Assembly (NCBI GenBank): GCA_017431945.1
Contig: JAFRJZ010000005.1
Span: 14,259-78,258, forward strand
DNA length: 64,000 bases
Direction of reading: 5' to 3'
Source: Candidatus Saccharimonadota bacterium
GTDB taxonomy: Bacteria; Patescibacteriota; Saccharimonadia; Saccharimonadales; Saccharimonadaceae
This document shows positions 45,778 to 53,996 of this stretch, one piece after another (positions within the stretch are counted from its first letter, which is position 1; the number at the start of each line of letters is the position of its first letter). The notes beneath the pieces were generated by a model. That model was not told the origin of the DNA. It saw only the letters and a program-made list of their open reading frames with translations, and searched no databases. The position numbers and the translations under genes are program-made.

Positions 45778-45915
45778 TTATTGATAAATCTTTTTTATTA
45801 AATGTGCTAACTCATACAATTCCCGCTTGGCTACCTCGTATTCGATATCTTTGCCAAACTTAGTTTTGTATAGTCCTCGAAATCTACCGACCAAATCTTG
45901 CGAATACTCTACCAT
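45778..45915 (-). CDS. Possible small ORF (45 aa) upstream of the integrase
   Basis: My translation is MVEYSQDLVGRFRGLYKTKFGKDIEYEVAKRELYELAHLIKKIYQ. A weak SD (aggaa) is present. It is below the track size cutoff and no homology was recognised. Confidence 0.25.
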   Translation of the reverse strand: MVEYSQDLVGRFRGLYKTKFGKDIEYEVAKRELYELAHLIKKIYQ

Positions 45916-46119
45916 CTTCGTTCCTACTTCTTCCCAATTTATGAATAACCCACTATAGTATCTAAAACTAATATGATAACCTAAACTATCAATTAACCTA
46001 TAACTATGTATACAACCTATATTTCCTATTAAAAGAATCTATAAGTATATAGTTATAATCTATAATATATATAGATATAATCTAGTTAATCTATAGCGAG
46101 TTATAAAAGTACAAATTTT

Positions 46120-46590
46120 TTAGAAGCCAGCCTCCGCTAAAGCATTCTTGATGTCGGTGCTATCGTCTAAAAACTCGTCTGGCGATTCCTGACTGTTTAT
46201 GGAATCGGTATTTTTGCGGTTTTCAGCGCATTTCTCGCGCGACCCGAACAAGTTGTCGATATCGACGACAAAAGCCCTGCCATACTCGTGCAAACGGCCA
46301 GTAGAGCTATAAAACTCGTAGGCTGAATGACACGCTTTTTGAATTGCCTCAACCATCTTATTATCTTTTGGATGAGCAAACTCTATAAAAGATTTATACT
46401 CACCGCTTCGGCTATCCCGGCGTGACGGCGGAAATGCCACCATCCTTTCAGGATTTCCGTACGTATTTGTCACTACATAGGAATTTATATTGAATAAATT
46501 TCCAATAGCCACGTTGGCAAAAGCCTTCTTGGCAGTCATTCCGTCAGTGACGGCATATATTTTTGCCTTTATTTCAATCTTGGCGCTCAT
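46120..46590 (-). CDS. SpoVG-like nucleic-acid-binding protein
   Basis: ...AKKAFANVAIGNLFNINSYVV...MVAFPPSRRDSRSGEYKSFIEFAHPKDNKMVEAIQKAC parallels the SpoVG core (...[21 protein letters not shown]...). Confidence 0.55.
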   Translation of the reverse strand: MSAKIEIKAKIYAVTDGMTAKKAFANVAIGNLFNINSYVVTNTYGNPERMVAFPPSRRDSRSGEYKSFIEFAHPKDNKMVEAIQKACHSAYEFYSSTGRLHEYGRAFVVDIDNLFGSREKCAENRKNTDSINSQESPDEFLDDSTDIKNALAEAGF

Positions 46591-46853
46591 TTTAGACCCT
46601 CCAAGATTTCGCTTTTTATTGCATTAATTTTACTAATCAATGCCGTTTTTTGTGCTTCTAAATTCGTCGCATCATTAAAATCGACGACAAAATCTTTTAG
46701 TTCCGTCCTGACACGATAGTCGGATAAATCACTTATCGCCATTTCAAGCGTCGGGTAATGTCCAATCGGTGTCCATTGACTACCTTTTGGTTTTAAAACT
46801 TTATATTCTTGCTCGGACGAAACAATCCGATATTTTTTAATAAAGACTTCCAT
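46587..46853 (-). CDS. Hypothetical protein (88 aa)
   Basis: 4-nt overlap with the SpoVG-like gene. No family recognised. Confidence 0.45.
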   Translation of the reverse strand: MEVFIKKYRIVSSEQEYKVLKPKGSQWTPIGHYPTLEMAISDLSDYRVRTELKDFVVDFNDATNLEAQKTALISKINAIKSEILEGLK

Positions 46854-47233
46854 GTCTTTATTTCCTTTCTTAGCCCTCGAAGTGTCTTTGTCGTTTCTTC
46901 GATTTACAAGGAATTCAAAGAAGGAATTACTAATATTGATGTTTTACTCGTGCCCCCCAAGAAACCGAAATTCCCACTGCAACGGGCAAAAACTCTCCTT
47001 CCAAAAGAAGAACTCTTGTATGTTGCAGTGGGTTGTGAAAAACACTATTGTGTATCTACAAATTGTTTTTGTAAATAAGTTGCTTCCACATATGGGTTTC
47101 GGTCCCATTTCTTAATGGATTAATACTATTGTAATACACTTTTACTGGGATTTCAAGGGGGGTAAGAACAGGGGTAGAACAAAAAATCTTTTACAAAATT
47201 ACGTATTTCTTCGTTCATTTTCGGTTAAAAAAA

Positions 47234-47242
47234 TGGTATAAT
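47234..47242 (+). promoter_or_regulatory. Extended -10 promoter (TGgTATAAT) of the Type III RM operon
   Basis: tgg-tataat. The predicted TSS at ~47249 coincides with the first base of the 5' UTR hairpin. Confidence 0.5.
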
Positions 47243-47248
47243 TAGAAT

Positions 47249-47333
47249 GCTAAACTATAGTCAAAATCATTATCTCTATTCGAGGTAAGTATGCGGCCAT
47301 TTGCCGTTCTCGAATAGAGGACTATAGTTTAGC
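47249..47333 (+). promoter_or_regulatory. 85-nt nested hairpin in the mod 5' UTR
   Basis: gctaaactatagtc (47249-47262) pairs with gactatagtttagc (47320-47333). ctctattcgag (47274-47284) pairs with ctcgaatagag (47309-47319). The 10-mer gctaaactat recurs at 47399-47408, overlapping the mod ATG. Confidence 0.5.
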
Positions 47334-47406
47334 GACTTGGCAGATGGTCGCTTCTTTTGTGTATAAAATCATAGTGGCGTGCCAGATGTCGGAAAGTTGC
47401 TAAACT

Positions 47407-49125
47407 ATGGAAAATAAGTCGCTAAATGAATACTCAAAAGAAGAATTGATAAAGATAATCAACTCGCTGAAAAAGCAAAAGAAATTTGGGCTTGTATGGG
47501 AAGACAAGCCAGAAAAAGTCGCCATTGAATGCGAGCAGAAACTTCCAGTTTTAAAAGAAGTTGAGGAAAAGACGATAAATGGAGCCAACAGCTCTGCCCC
47601 GACAAATATCATCATCGAGGGCGACAATTATCATACCCTTTCGGTCCTAAACTACACCCACGCCGGCAAAATCGACGTAATCTATATCGACCCACCATAT
47701 AACACCGGTAATAAAGACTTTATCTACAACGACAGGTTTATAGATAAGGAAGATTCTTTCCGCCATAGCAAATGGCTTTCTTTTATGGCTAAAAGGCTAT
47801 CATTAGCAAAAAATTTGCTATCGCCAAAAGGGGTTATATTTATTTCGATAGACGACAATGAACAAGCGAACCTACAATTGCTTTGCAATAGTATATTTGG
47901 CGAAGACTGCAGAGTAGCAAATATGATTTGGCGAAGAAAAACTGGTGCGTCCGACGCTAATGGCTTGGCGACAATCACTGAGCACATACTTGTTTACACA
48001 AGAAACAGTGATAAGAGTACGTGGAGTACCTTTTTTAGAGGGAATAGTGATTCTTATGACAGAAATCGGTATCGTTTGTCTGATGAGTATAAAAATGAAC
48101 GAGGCAATTATTACACAGACAGTTTAGACAGGGGCGGTCTCAGATATTCCGATTCGCTTAATTACCCAATAGAATGCCCTGATGGCACTAAAACATACCC
48201 AAATGGTCGCTTATCTTTCGCCAACGACGGTTGGACCTGGAAATGGGGACAAGAAAAAGTTAAGTGGGGGATAGAAAACGGTTTTATTGTATTTAAAAAA
48301 TCGAAAAACAAACCATCTGGTTGGACGGTACAGTACAAGAATTATATGTTTGTAGATAATAATTGTAATCACATTGAGCGAGCCGCCCCATTCAAAAATC
48401 TAATACTTGATATCTTAAACACAGACGGCGCAATGGAACAAAAAGCTATTTTTGGCAAAAAAGTTTTTAATAATCCTAAACCAGTGAAACTAGTCAAATT
48501 TTTAACATATCTCGTAAAAGAAAACAATATAGTCCTAGACTTCTTCGCTGGCTCGGGTACTACTGGTCAAGCCGTGATGGAGCTCAACCAAGAAGATGGC
48601 GGCAACCGTCAATTTATTCTTTGTACCAACAACGAAAACCAAATTGCCGAGGAAGTTACCTACCCGCGCATAAAAACTGTTGTTACTGGTACTCGCCCAG
48701 ATGGAACTAAATACTCCGATGGCATACCTGCCAATGTTCGCTACTTTAAAACTGATTTTGTCGAGAAAGACGACACCCTGGACAAACTTCGCCGTAAACT
48801 GTCGCCTGCTTGCGAAGATATGATTCGGATTCGTGAGGGGGCATACGAAAAACTAATTGATGACGATATGTTAAAGGTCTATAAGAACTCCCATGGTCTA
48901 ACCGCTATCGTATATGACCGTTTTGAGCTAGAAGAACATCTAGCGAAAATTGAAGAACTGGAAACCGATTCACCCGTCAATCTTTACGTGTTCTCCTACA
49001 CCAAACACGACAGGCTAGATGAAATCGACAAACCCCTAAAGCATACTTACATTAGCCAACCAATTCCCGAGGGAGTACTGGAAATCTACAAAAGAATTTT
49101 TAACCAAAAAGGAGGTAACCGGTGA
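47407..49125 (+). CDS. mod: Type III restriction-modification methyltransferase (Mod; N6-adenine/N4-cytosine beta-class)
   Basis: Motif IV VIYIDPPYNTG precedes motif I FFAGSGTTGQAV (beta-class order). There is a variable middle region (putative TRD). Overlaps res (GTGA). Confidence 0.85.
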   Translation: MENKSLNEYSKEELIKIINSLKKQKKFGLVWEDKPEKVAIECEQKLPVLKEVEEKTINGANSSAPTNIIIEGDNYHTLSVLNYTHAGKIDVIYIDPPYNTGNKDFIYNDRFIDKEDSFRHSKWLSFMAKRLSLAKNLLSPKGVIFISIDDNEQANLQLLCNSIFGEDCRVANMIWRRKTGASDANGLATITEHILVYTRNSDKSTWSTFFRGNSDSYDRNRYRLSDEYKNERGNYYTDSLDRGGLRYSDSLNYPIECPDGTKTYPNGRLSFANDGWTWKWGQEKVKWGIENGFIVFKKSKNKPSGWTVQYKNYMFVDNNCNHIERAAPFKNLILDILNTDGAMEQKAIFGKKVFNNPKPVKLVKFLTYLVKENNIVLDFFAGSGTTGQAVMELNQEDGGNRQFILCTNNENQIAEEVTYPRIKTVVTGTRPDGTKYSDGIPANVRYFKTDFVEKDDTLDKLRRKLSPACEDMIRIREGAYEKLIDDDMLKVYKNSHGLTAIVYDRFELEEHLAKIEELETDSPVNLYVFSYTKHDRLDEIDKPLKHTYISQPIPEGVLEIYKRIFNQKGGNR

Positions 49126-51551
49126 ATCTAGTTCAATATCAATCCGAAGCAGTAGAAAAACTGGTGCAAGGGTTTAAAGAATTGACTTTGGCTGGCAATT
49201 CAAACGCCACTATAATACTAAAATCCCCCACAGGCTCAGGCAAGACCGTAATGGTGGCGGCAATGCTAGACCAACTCCGTCAGGAAAATCTACCTAGCGA
49301 ATTCGTTTATATTTGGGCTAGTATGGGCGATTTAGCCCACCAGAGCTATGATAAGCTAAACAACCACTATCTCGCCGACAGCGAGTACAATATGCTAGAA
49401 ATTAGCGATATTGGTTCGGAACCATTACCCGCCAATACAATTCTGTTTTGCAACTGGGAAAAGATGTTTAAGACTGGTAAAGGTACAGACGATGACGGCA
49501 ACGAAATCGAAATCTTTGCCAATGTGTTTGTCCGAATCGGCGAAGATGGCAGAAACCTCCAGGAAGTCCTCGAAAAGACACGTGAGCAAGGTTTAAAAGT
49601 TGTACTAATAGTTGACGAAGCTCACCGAACATACCTTGGACCAAAATCGCAAAAACTGGTGGAAGAAGTCATTAAACCAAACCTCACTATTGAAGTTTCC
49701 GCCACACCAATCCTAAAACTCGAGCAGGGTTATCACGAAAACAATACTGGACGTTTTATCGAGGTCAAACTTCGCGACGTAATCGACAGCGGGCTTATAA
49801 AAAACAACACTATCATTAACAACGATATTGCTGGCGTAATCGACAAAAATTCTACTGACGATGTTGTACTTGCCGCCGCCCTGAGACAGCGTGATTATCT
49901 TGTGAGTGAATATAAAAAACTGGGCTCAAATGTAAACCCACTTGTACTGGTACAATTACCAACCGAATCTGCTGATAAAATGAGCGAAGCCGACCAAACC
50001 ACTCGTGAAAAAGTTGAAAAGTTTATGGAATCGCAAGGTATCACGTACGACAACGGAAAACTGGCGATTTGGGTTTCTGGCGACCACTACCCAGAAGATG
50101 TAAAAGAAGTTACGCCTAAAAACGATTCGGAAATTGAAGTTTTGATTTTCAAACAGGCGATTGCTACTGGTTGGGATTGTCCTAGAGCTTCAATACTTGT
50201 AATGCTTCGTGATATAAAATCGGTTGTATTCGAGATTCAGACCGTGGGACGCATTCTACGTATGCCCGAACTAAAACACTATGAAAATTCCGCCTTAAAT
50301 ACCGCTTTTGTATATACAAATATCAACGATATGGCTTTGCGTGAAGACGAGGATACGAGAACATTCTTCAAGACCCACACTAGCCATAGAGCCAAAGACT
50401 TTTCCGATAATTTCGTCTGGTCGAACGTCTATCGTAAGCGGATAGTCGGCTCACGCCACCGTTTGAATAGGAATTTTAGACGTATATTCTTCCCCCTGAT
50501 GAATGAGTATTTTTCCATCAAACAAGATGACGACAAGGAAACCCGTGTCGCCAAGCTCGACGACAAACTGGAAATCTATGCCGACGAACTAGCAATTCCA
50601 ATTCTGTCGGACATCAGTTTTGAGCATTTAGATTCGGTGGACAAAACAATTCTAGAAAGTGCCAACCAAGTGAAATTGACTGCCGATAAACCTTACATAG
50701 AGCGAATCTATAATCTATTTCTAAAGTCGGCTTCTTCGCCATACGCACCGCACGATTCTAGTCGTATTCTAAAGGACGCACTCTATAAGTGGTTTTCCGA
50801 TAATGGCTTTGATGATGAAGCCGAGGTCCAAAGAATTATCGCCTGCTCTAAAGTCAATCAAGATGTTCTAAATGAAGTAATTGACGCTGCCAAAGAGAAA
50901 TTCGCCGAAACGATGGACAAAGAAACCGAACTAGCCTATACGACATTTTCAATTCCTAAGTCTCAAGAATTTGGTGACGGCTATGAAATGTATGGAAGCA
51001 AGAAACAGGTTATGGAACCCTATTATCACCCAATCAAAATGTGGACTACCGAAGAAAAGTTTGAAAAGAAACTGGACGAATCTGAAAGTGTGGATTGGTG
51101 GTTTCGCAATGGCATCAACCAACCGAAGTATTTCGGCACACCATATCTCAAACTCAATAAGGACGGTATTGAAGAAGAAGCCATCTTTTACCCTGACTAC
51201 ATTGTAAAGTTTAAGGACGGCACCTACGGCGTATTTGACACTAAATCAGGCGACACTACCAGACCAGGGACCACACTTGGTGGCTCCGTGGACGAAAAAG
51301 CCAACGGCTTCCAATCCTATTTACGACAATATGATTTTATCGCTAAAATATGCAAAGAACGTTGCGGTATTGAACCAACCGACGGCAAATGCATATGGGG
51401 CGGACTAGTAAAAGTTGTGGACGAAAACCACTTTGAGTTGCAAGCCGATGCCATCACTCACGAAATGGCGCTTGCGAGAATGACAGGCAAAGACATAGAA
51501 ATACCAGAAGTAAATTACGACCCCAATGAGTGGAACAAACTGGTAATTTAA
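49122..51551 (+). CDS. res: Type III restriction enzyme Res subunit (SF2 helicase plus C-terminal nuclease)
   Basis: Walker A KSPTGSGKTV, DEAH box VDEAHR, and motif VI-like QTVGRILR. The C-terminal PDYIV...GVFDTKSG fits a PD-(D/E)xK nuclease. Confidence 0.85.
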   Translation: MNLVQYQSEAVEKLVQGFKELTLAGNSNATIILKSPTGSGKTVMVAAMLDQLRQENLPSEFVYIWASMGDLAHQSYDKLNNHYLADSEYNMLEISDIGSEPLPANTILFCNWEKMFKTGKGTDDDGNEIEIFANVFVRIGEDGRNLQEVLEKTREQGLKVVLIVDEAHRTYLGPKSQKLVEEVIKPNLTIEVSATPILKLEQGYHENNTGRFIEVKLRDVIDSGLIKNNTIINNDIAGVIDKNSTDDVVLAAALRQRDYLVSEYKKLGSNVNPLVLVQLPTESADKMSEADQTTREKVEKFMESQGITYDNGKLAIWVSGDHYPEDVKEVTPKNDSEIEVLIFKQAIATGWDCPRASILVMLRDIKSVVFEIQTVGRILRMPELKHYENSALNTAFVYTNINDMALREDEDTRTFFKTHTSHRAKDFSDNFVWSNVYRKRIVGSRHRLNRNFRRIFFPLMNEYFSIKQDDDKETRVAKLDDKLEIYADELAIPILSDISFEHLDSVDKTILESANQVKLTADKPYIERIYNLFLKSASSPYAPHDSSRILKDALYKWFSDNGFDDEAEVQRIIACSKVNQDVLNEVIDAAKEKFAETMDKETELAYTTFSIPKSQEFGDGYEMYGSKKQVMEPYYHPIKMWTTEEKFEKKLDESESVDWWFRNGINQPKYFGTPYLKLNKDGIEEEAIFYPDYIVKFKDGTYGVFDTKSGDTTRPGTTLGGSVDEKANGFQSYLRQYDFIAKICKERCGIEPTDGKCIWGGLVKVVDENHFELQADAITHEMALARMTGKDIEIPEVNYDPNEWNKLVI

Positions 51552-51586
51552 ATAATTTAAGGTATCATAGCAGAAAGGAATAATCT

Positions 51587-51976
51587 ATGGACAAAACCAA
51601 CAAAAACCTAACCGAGAAAATCGCAAAGTATCTAGAAATACGTCAAGCTGAACTAGAACAGTATATCGAGGACTTCAACCGCCAAACCACCGAAGACATA
51701 GAAACAGGTGCTTTTCTAGGTGGTGGCAACCAAAAGTTTAACCCCTCCGACCCAATAGTTCGTAAAGCCGTTGAAATCTGTATAAGTAAAGGTAAGTTTT
51801 CGTCGGCTATTCTGCAAACTTATTTAAGTAAACGGCACGGGTATATCGCTGGTCTTGCCATCTGGCTTGAGGAAATGGGCGTTATCGGTCCAATGAACGG
51901 AAACAAGCCACGAGATTTGCTGATAAGTTCAATGGAAGAATTCGATAAAAAAACGGCTAATGTTTCGGGAGAATAA
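51587..51976 (+). CDS. Standalone FtsK-gamma-like winged-helix protein
   Basis: DPIVRKAVEICISKGKFSSAILQTYLSKRHGYIAGLAIWLEEMGVIGPMNGNKPRDLL parallels the FtsK gamma domain (DPLYDEAV...ASIS.LQR.L.IGYNRAARIIE.ME..GVV...NG.REVL). Confidence 0.6.
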   Translation: MDKTNKNLTEKIAKYLEIRQAELEQYIEDFNRQTTEDIETGAFLGGGNQKFNPSDPIVRKAVEICISKGKFSSAILQTYLSKRHGYIAGLAIWLEEMGVIGPMNGNKPRDLLISSMEEFDKKTANVSGE

Positions 51977-51977
51977 G

Positions 51978-52544
51978 ATGGGCAATACTTACGAACAAGA
52001 CCTCAAGAAAGCCGCAGAAATACTGACATCCCAAGCCGACAAGGGCGACACAGGAAAAGCGCTCTGGGCGAAAATTAAGCCTAGTTTGGAATGTAGCGAT
52101 ATTGAAATTACGCAAATTGTCAACGACCTAGCGAATCTCGGCATAATTATCGTCCTACACAATGATAGCTATGAAATAGCCGTATCAAAAAATGAGCTAG
52201 ATAAAGTCTGGGATTCATATTTATTTAAACGTCTAATTTCCATTCGCGAAAAGGAAATTGAACTTGGCATATTTGATGCCGATAAATCCATAAACTTCTT
52301 TAGAACTTTTAGCCCAGACAACCAGGACGTTCGCAAGGCAGTTGAGGTCTGCGTTAATGCAAAAAAGTTTTCTACGGCTTTAATAATGTCTCACATTGGC
52401 AAAGGACACGCCTGGACTAATGCGCTGGTAAACTGGCTTGAACAGATAGGCGTCGTCAGCCCACTTGACGACAAATTACACCGTAAACTTTTGATTACCT
52501 CAATGGAAGAATTTGACAAGAAAGCAGCCGAAGCATTGACATAA
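51978..52544 (+). CDS. Second FtsK-gamma-like winged-helix protein (longer N-terminus)
   Basis: The C-terminus is DVRKAVEVCVNAKKFSTALIMSHIGKGHAWTNALVNWLEQIGVVSPLDDKLHRKLL. The start is set at MGNTYEQ (51978), 1 nt after the upstream stop. Confidence 0.6.
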   Translation: MGNTYEQDLKKAAEILTSQADKGDTGKALWAKIKPSLECSDIEITQIVNDLANLGIIIVLHNDSYEIAVSKNELDKVWDSYLFKRLISIREKEIELGIFDADKSINFFRTFSPDNQDVRKAVEVCVNAKKFSTALIMSHIGKGHAWTNALVNWLEQIGVVSPLDDKLHRKLLITSMEEFDKKAAEALT

Positions 52545-52633
52545 TCAAACAACTAGACAATTTTTACTAATATCTTCTGTGCTTTTTCTCTGCTCAGAGA
52601 AACTTTTACCCTGTTGTATTTTCCATCTAAAAA

Positions 52634-52642
52634 TGGTAAAAT
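52634..52642 (+). promoter_or_regulatory. Extended -10 promoter (TGgTAAAAT), 6 nt upstream of the antitoxin ATG
   Basis: tgg-taaaat, then gtgctt, then the ATG at 52649. Confidence 0.5.
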
Positions 52643-52648
52643 GTGCTT

Positions 52649-52819
52649 ATGACAACCAAAGAAAAAAGAATGTATGCAAATATAGAAAAATGGCGCAACT
52701 TATCTAAAACCGAGCGTCGTTCCATTTTGCGTGCCTCAAATGTCAAACAGGTTGCGAGTTCAATGGCAATGGAAGGTGAGCCAGTTTCCGACTTATGGCT
52801 ACAGAAGAACGCCCGTTAG
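52649..52819 (+). CDS. VbhA-like antitoxin of the Fic toxin (56 aa)
   Basis: Below the track cutoff. My translation is MTTKEKRMYANIEKWRNLSKTERRSILRASNVKQVASSMAMEGEPVSDLWLQKNAR. It contains the Fic-inhibitory motif S-x-x-x-E-G (SMAMEG). It overlaps the fic start by 25 nt. Confidence 0.6.
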   Translation: MTTKEKRMYANIEKWRNLSKTERRSILRASNVKQVASSMAMEGEPVSDLWLQKNAR

Positions 52820-53391
52820 AAAGCACCACTAGAACCTTTGATACTACCAAAGGCAAACTTACTTATGCCGAACTTTCAGATTTAATTGCTCCGAAATTAC
52901 TACAATTACTAGACGACATTACAGACGGTAAGTTCATAAATCAACCTTTTGATGAGGAACTAATCAGGAACTTCCATTTTCATATTATCGGTGATATTAT
53001 GCCTGAAATTGCAGGCAAATGGCGCACCGTGCCAGTTCAGGTTGGCAACTGGTTTCCACCCGAGCCATACGAAATACCAGTTAAAATACACGAATACGTT
53101 GCTAATATGCAGGCTCGCCTTAACAATTCCGCTACGCTAGACCTGCAAATTGAAGCCTTAGCCTATGCCGAGGGCGAATTCTTACATATACATCCATTCC
53201 AAGATTTCAATGGTCGCACCATTCGTGCCATTCTATCTGAACTCTTAATGCGATTTGACTTGCCACTAGTAGATACTGCCGTAAAACGTGAAACTCCCGA
53301 ATTCAAAAAGTACCAAAACGCCCTTGCCGAATACGACAACGGACGAATCGCCAGCTTAATTGAATTCTGGCAAGACCGCCTCAGCGAGTAA
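52795..53391 (+). CDS. fic: Fic-domain protein (AMPylase-type toxin)
   Basis: The Fic motif HIHPFQDFNGRTIR compares with the consensus HxFx(D/E)GNGRxxR, with one deviation (F for G). Confidence 0.8.
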   Translation: MATEERPLESTTRTFDTTKGKLTYAELSDLIAPKLLQLLDDITDGKFINQPFDEELIRNFHFHIIGDIMPEIAGKWRTVPVQVGNWFPPEPYEIPVKIHEYVANMQARLNNSATLDLQIEALAYAEGEFLHIHPFQDFNGRTIRAILSELLMRFDLPLVDTAVKRETPEFKKYQNALAEYDNGRIASLIEFWQDRLSE

Positions 53392-53436
53392 GACCGTCAG
53401 ATTTACTTTTGCCAAAGTTCGTGATATAATTTAACT

Positions 53437-53566
53437 AGATTTCCAGAGGTTTTAACAACTAAAGGCGAAATCTACATTTACGCCATTAAGCAAGTCTTCC
53501 TTTATTTGGGTTACTACTTGTTTAACTTCGTTATACCATAAAAAATCCCCTTCGGGGCTTTTTTAT
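53437..53566 (+). ncRNA. Candidate ~130-nt non-coding transcript (promoter to terminator, no ORF)
   Basis: A TGaTATAAT promoter lies at 53422-53430. There is no ATG before the stem-loop/T-run aaaaaatcccc-ttc-ggggctttttt (53540-53566). Confidence 0.3.
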
Positions 53567-53640
53567 AGCATGCTTGGATCGTCCCAGGAGGCAAATGGGC
53601 ATATTTTTTTGAAACCCCTTTTTGGGTTTTTATTGATGAG

Positions 53641-53975
53641 CTAGTGGCAGCACCAGCACTAATACCTTTGGCGCTCTCTCCTTGGCCTATGGTGGTTCTG
53701 GTTGGAATCAGACTGATATGGCGGTTAATCAACGTTTTCGTGCTTATCCGAATAATTTCCTCTCTTCCGGCTACGTTAACGGTTCCTCGGTGAGCAGCCG
53801 TGGCTCGATCGGGTACTGGTGGGCTAAGTCGGCGTACTCGGCTCCGAACGCGTACCGCTTGAACCTGGCTTACAATGGCAACGTCTACCCGTCCGGCTAC
53901 GACCGTAAGTGGCTCGGATTCACGGCGCGCTGCCTTGCTGGCTCGTAGCTGAGGGTTGGCTGGGGTGGGGGTAAG
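53641..53975 (+). repeat. Hypervariable repeat copy 1 (DGR variable-repeat-like 3' gene cassette)
   Basis: It includes track ORF 53682..53948 (...GFTARCLAGS*). The variable core is 53772-53915. The invariant GC-rich end is ggattcacggcgcgctgccttgctggctcgtag, followed by a G-rich tail. In-frame tga tga lies immediately upstream of the homology. Confidence 0.75.
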
Positions 53976-53996
53976 AGGGAATAAAATTCTTAAAGC

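Noticed and set aside
46854-47120. Plus-strand ORFs 46809..47078 and 46852..47115, and an 11-bp inverted repeat cccactgcaac / gttgcagtggg (46971-47032), as possible genes or an att site.
   Set aside because: The two ORFs overlap each other in different frames, lack SD or promoter signals, and have no recognisable family. A single 11-bp stem with a 40-nt loop is too weak on its own to call a recombination site.
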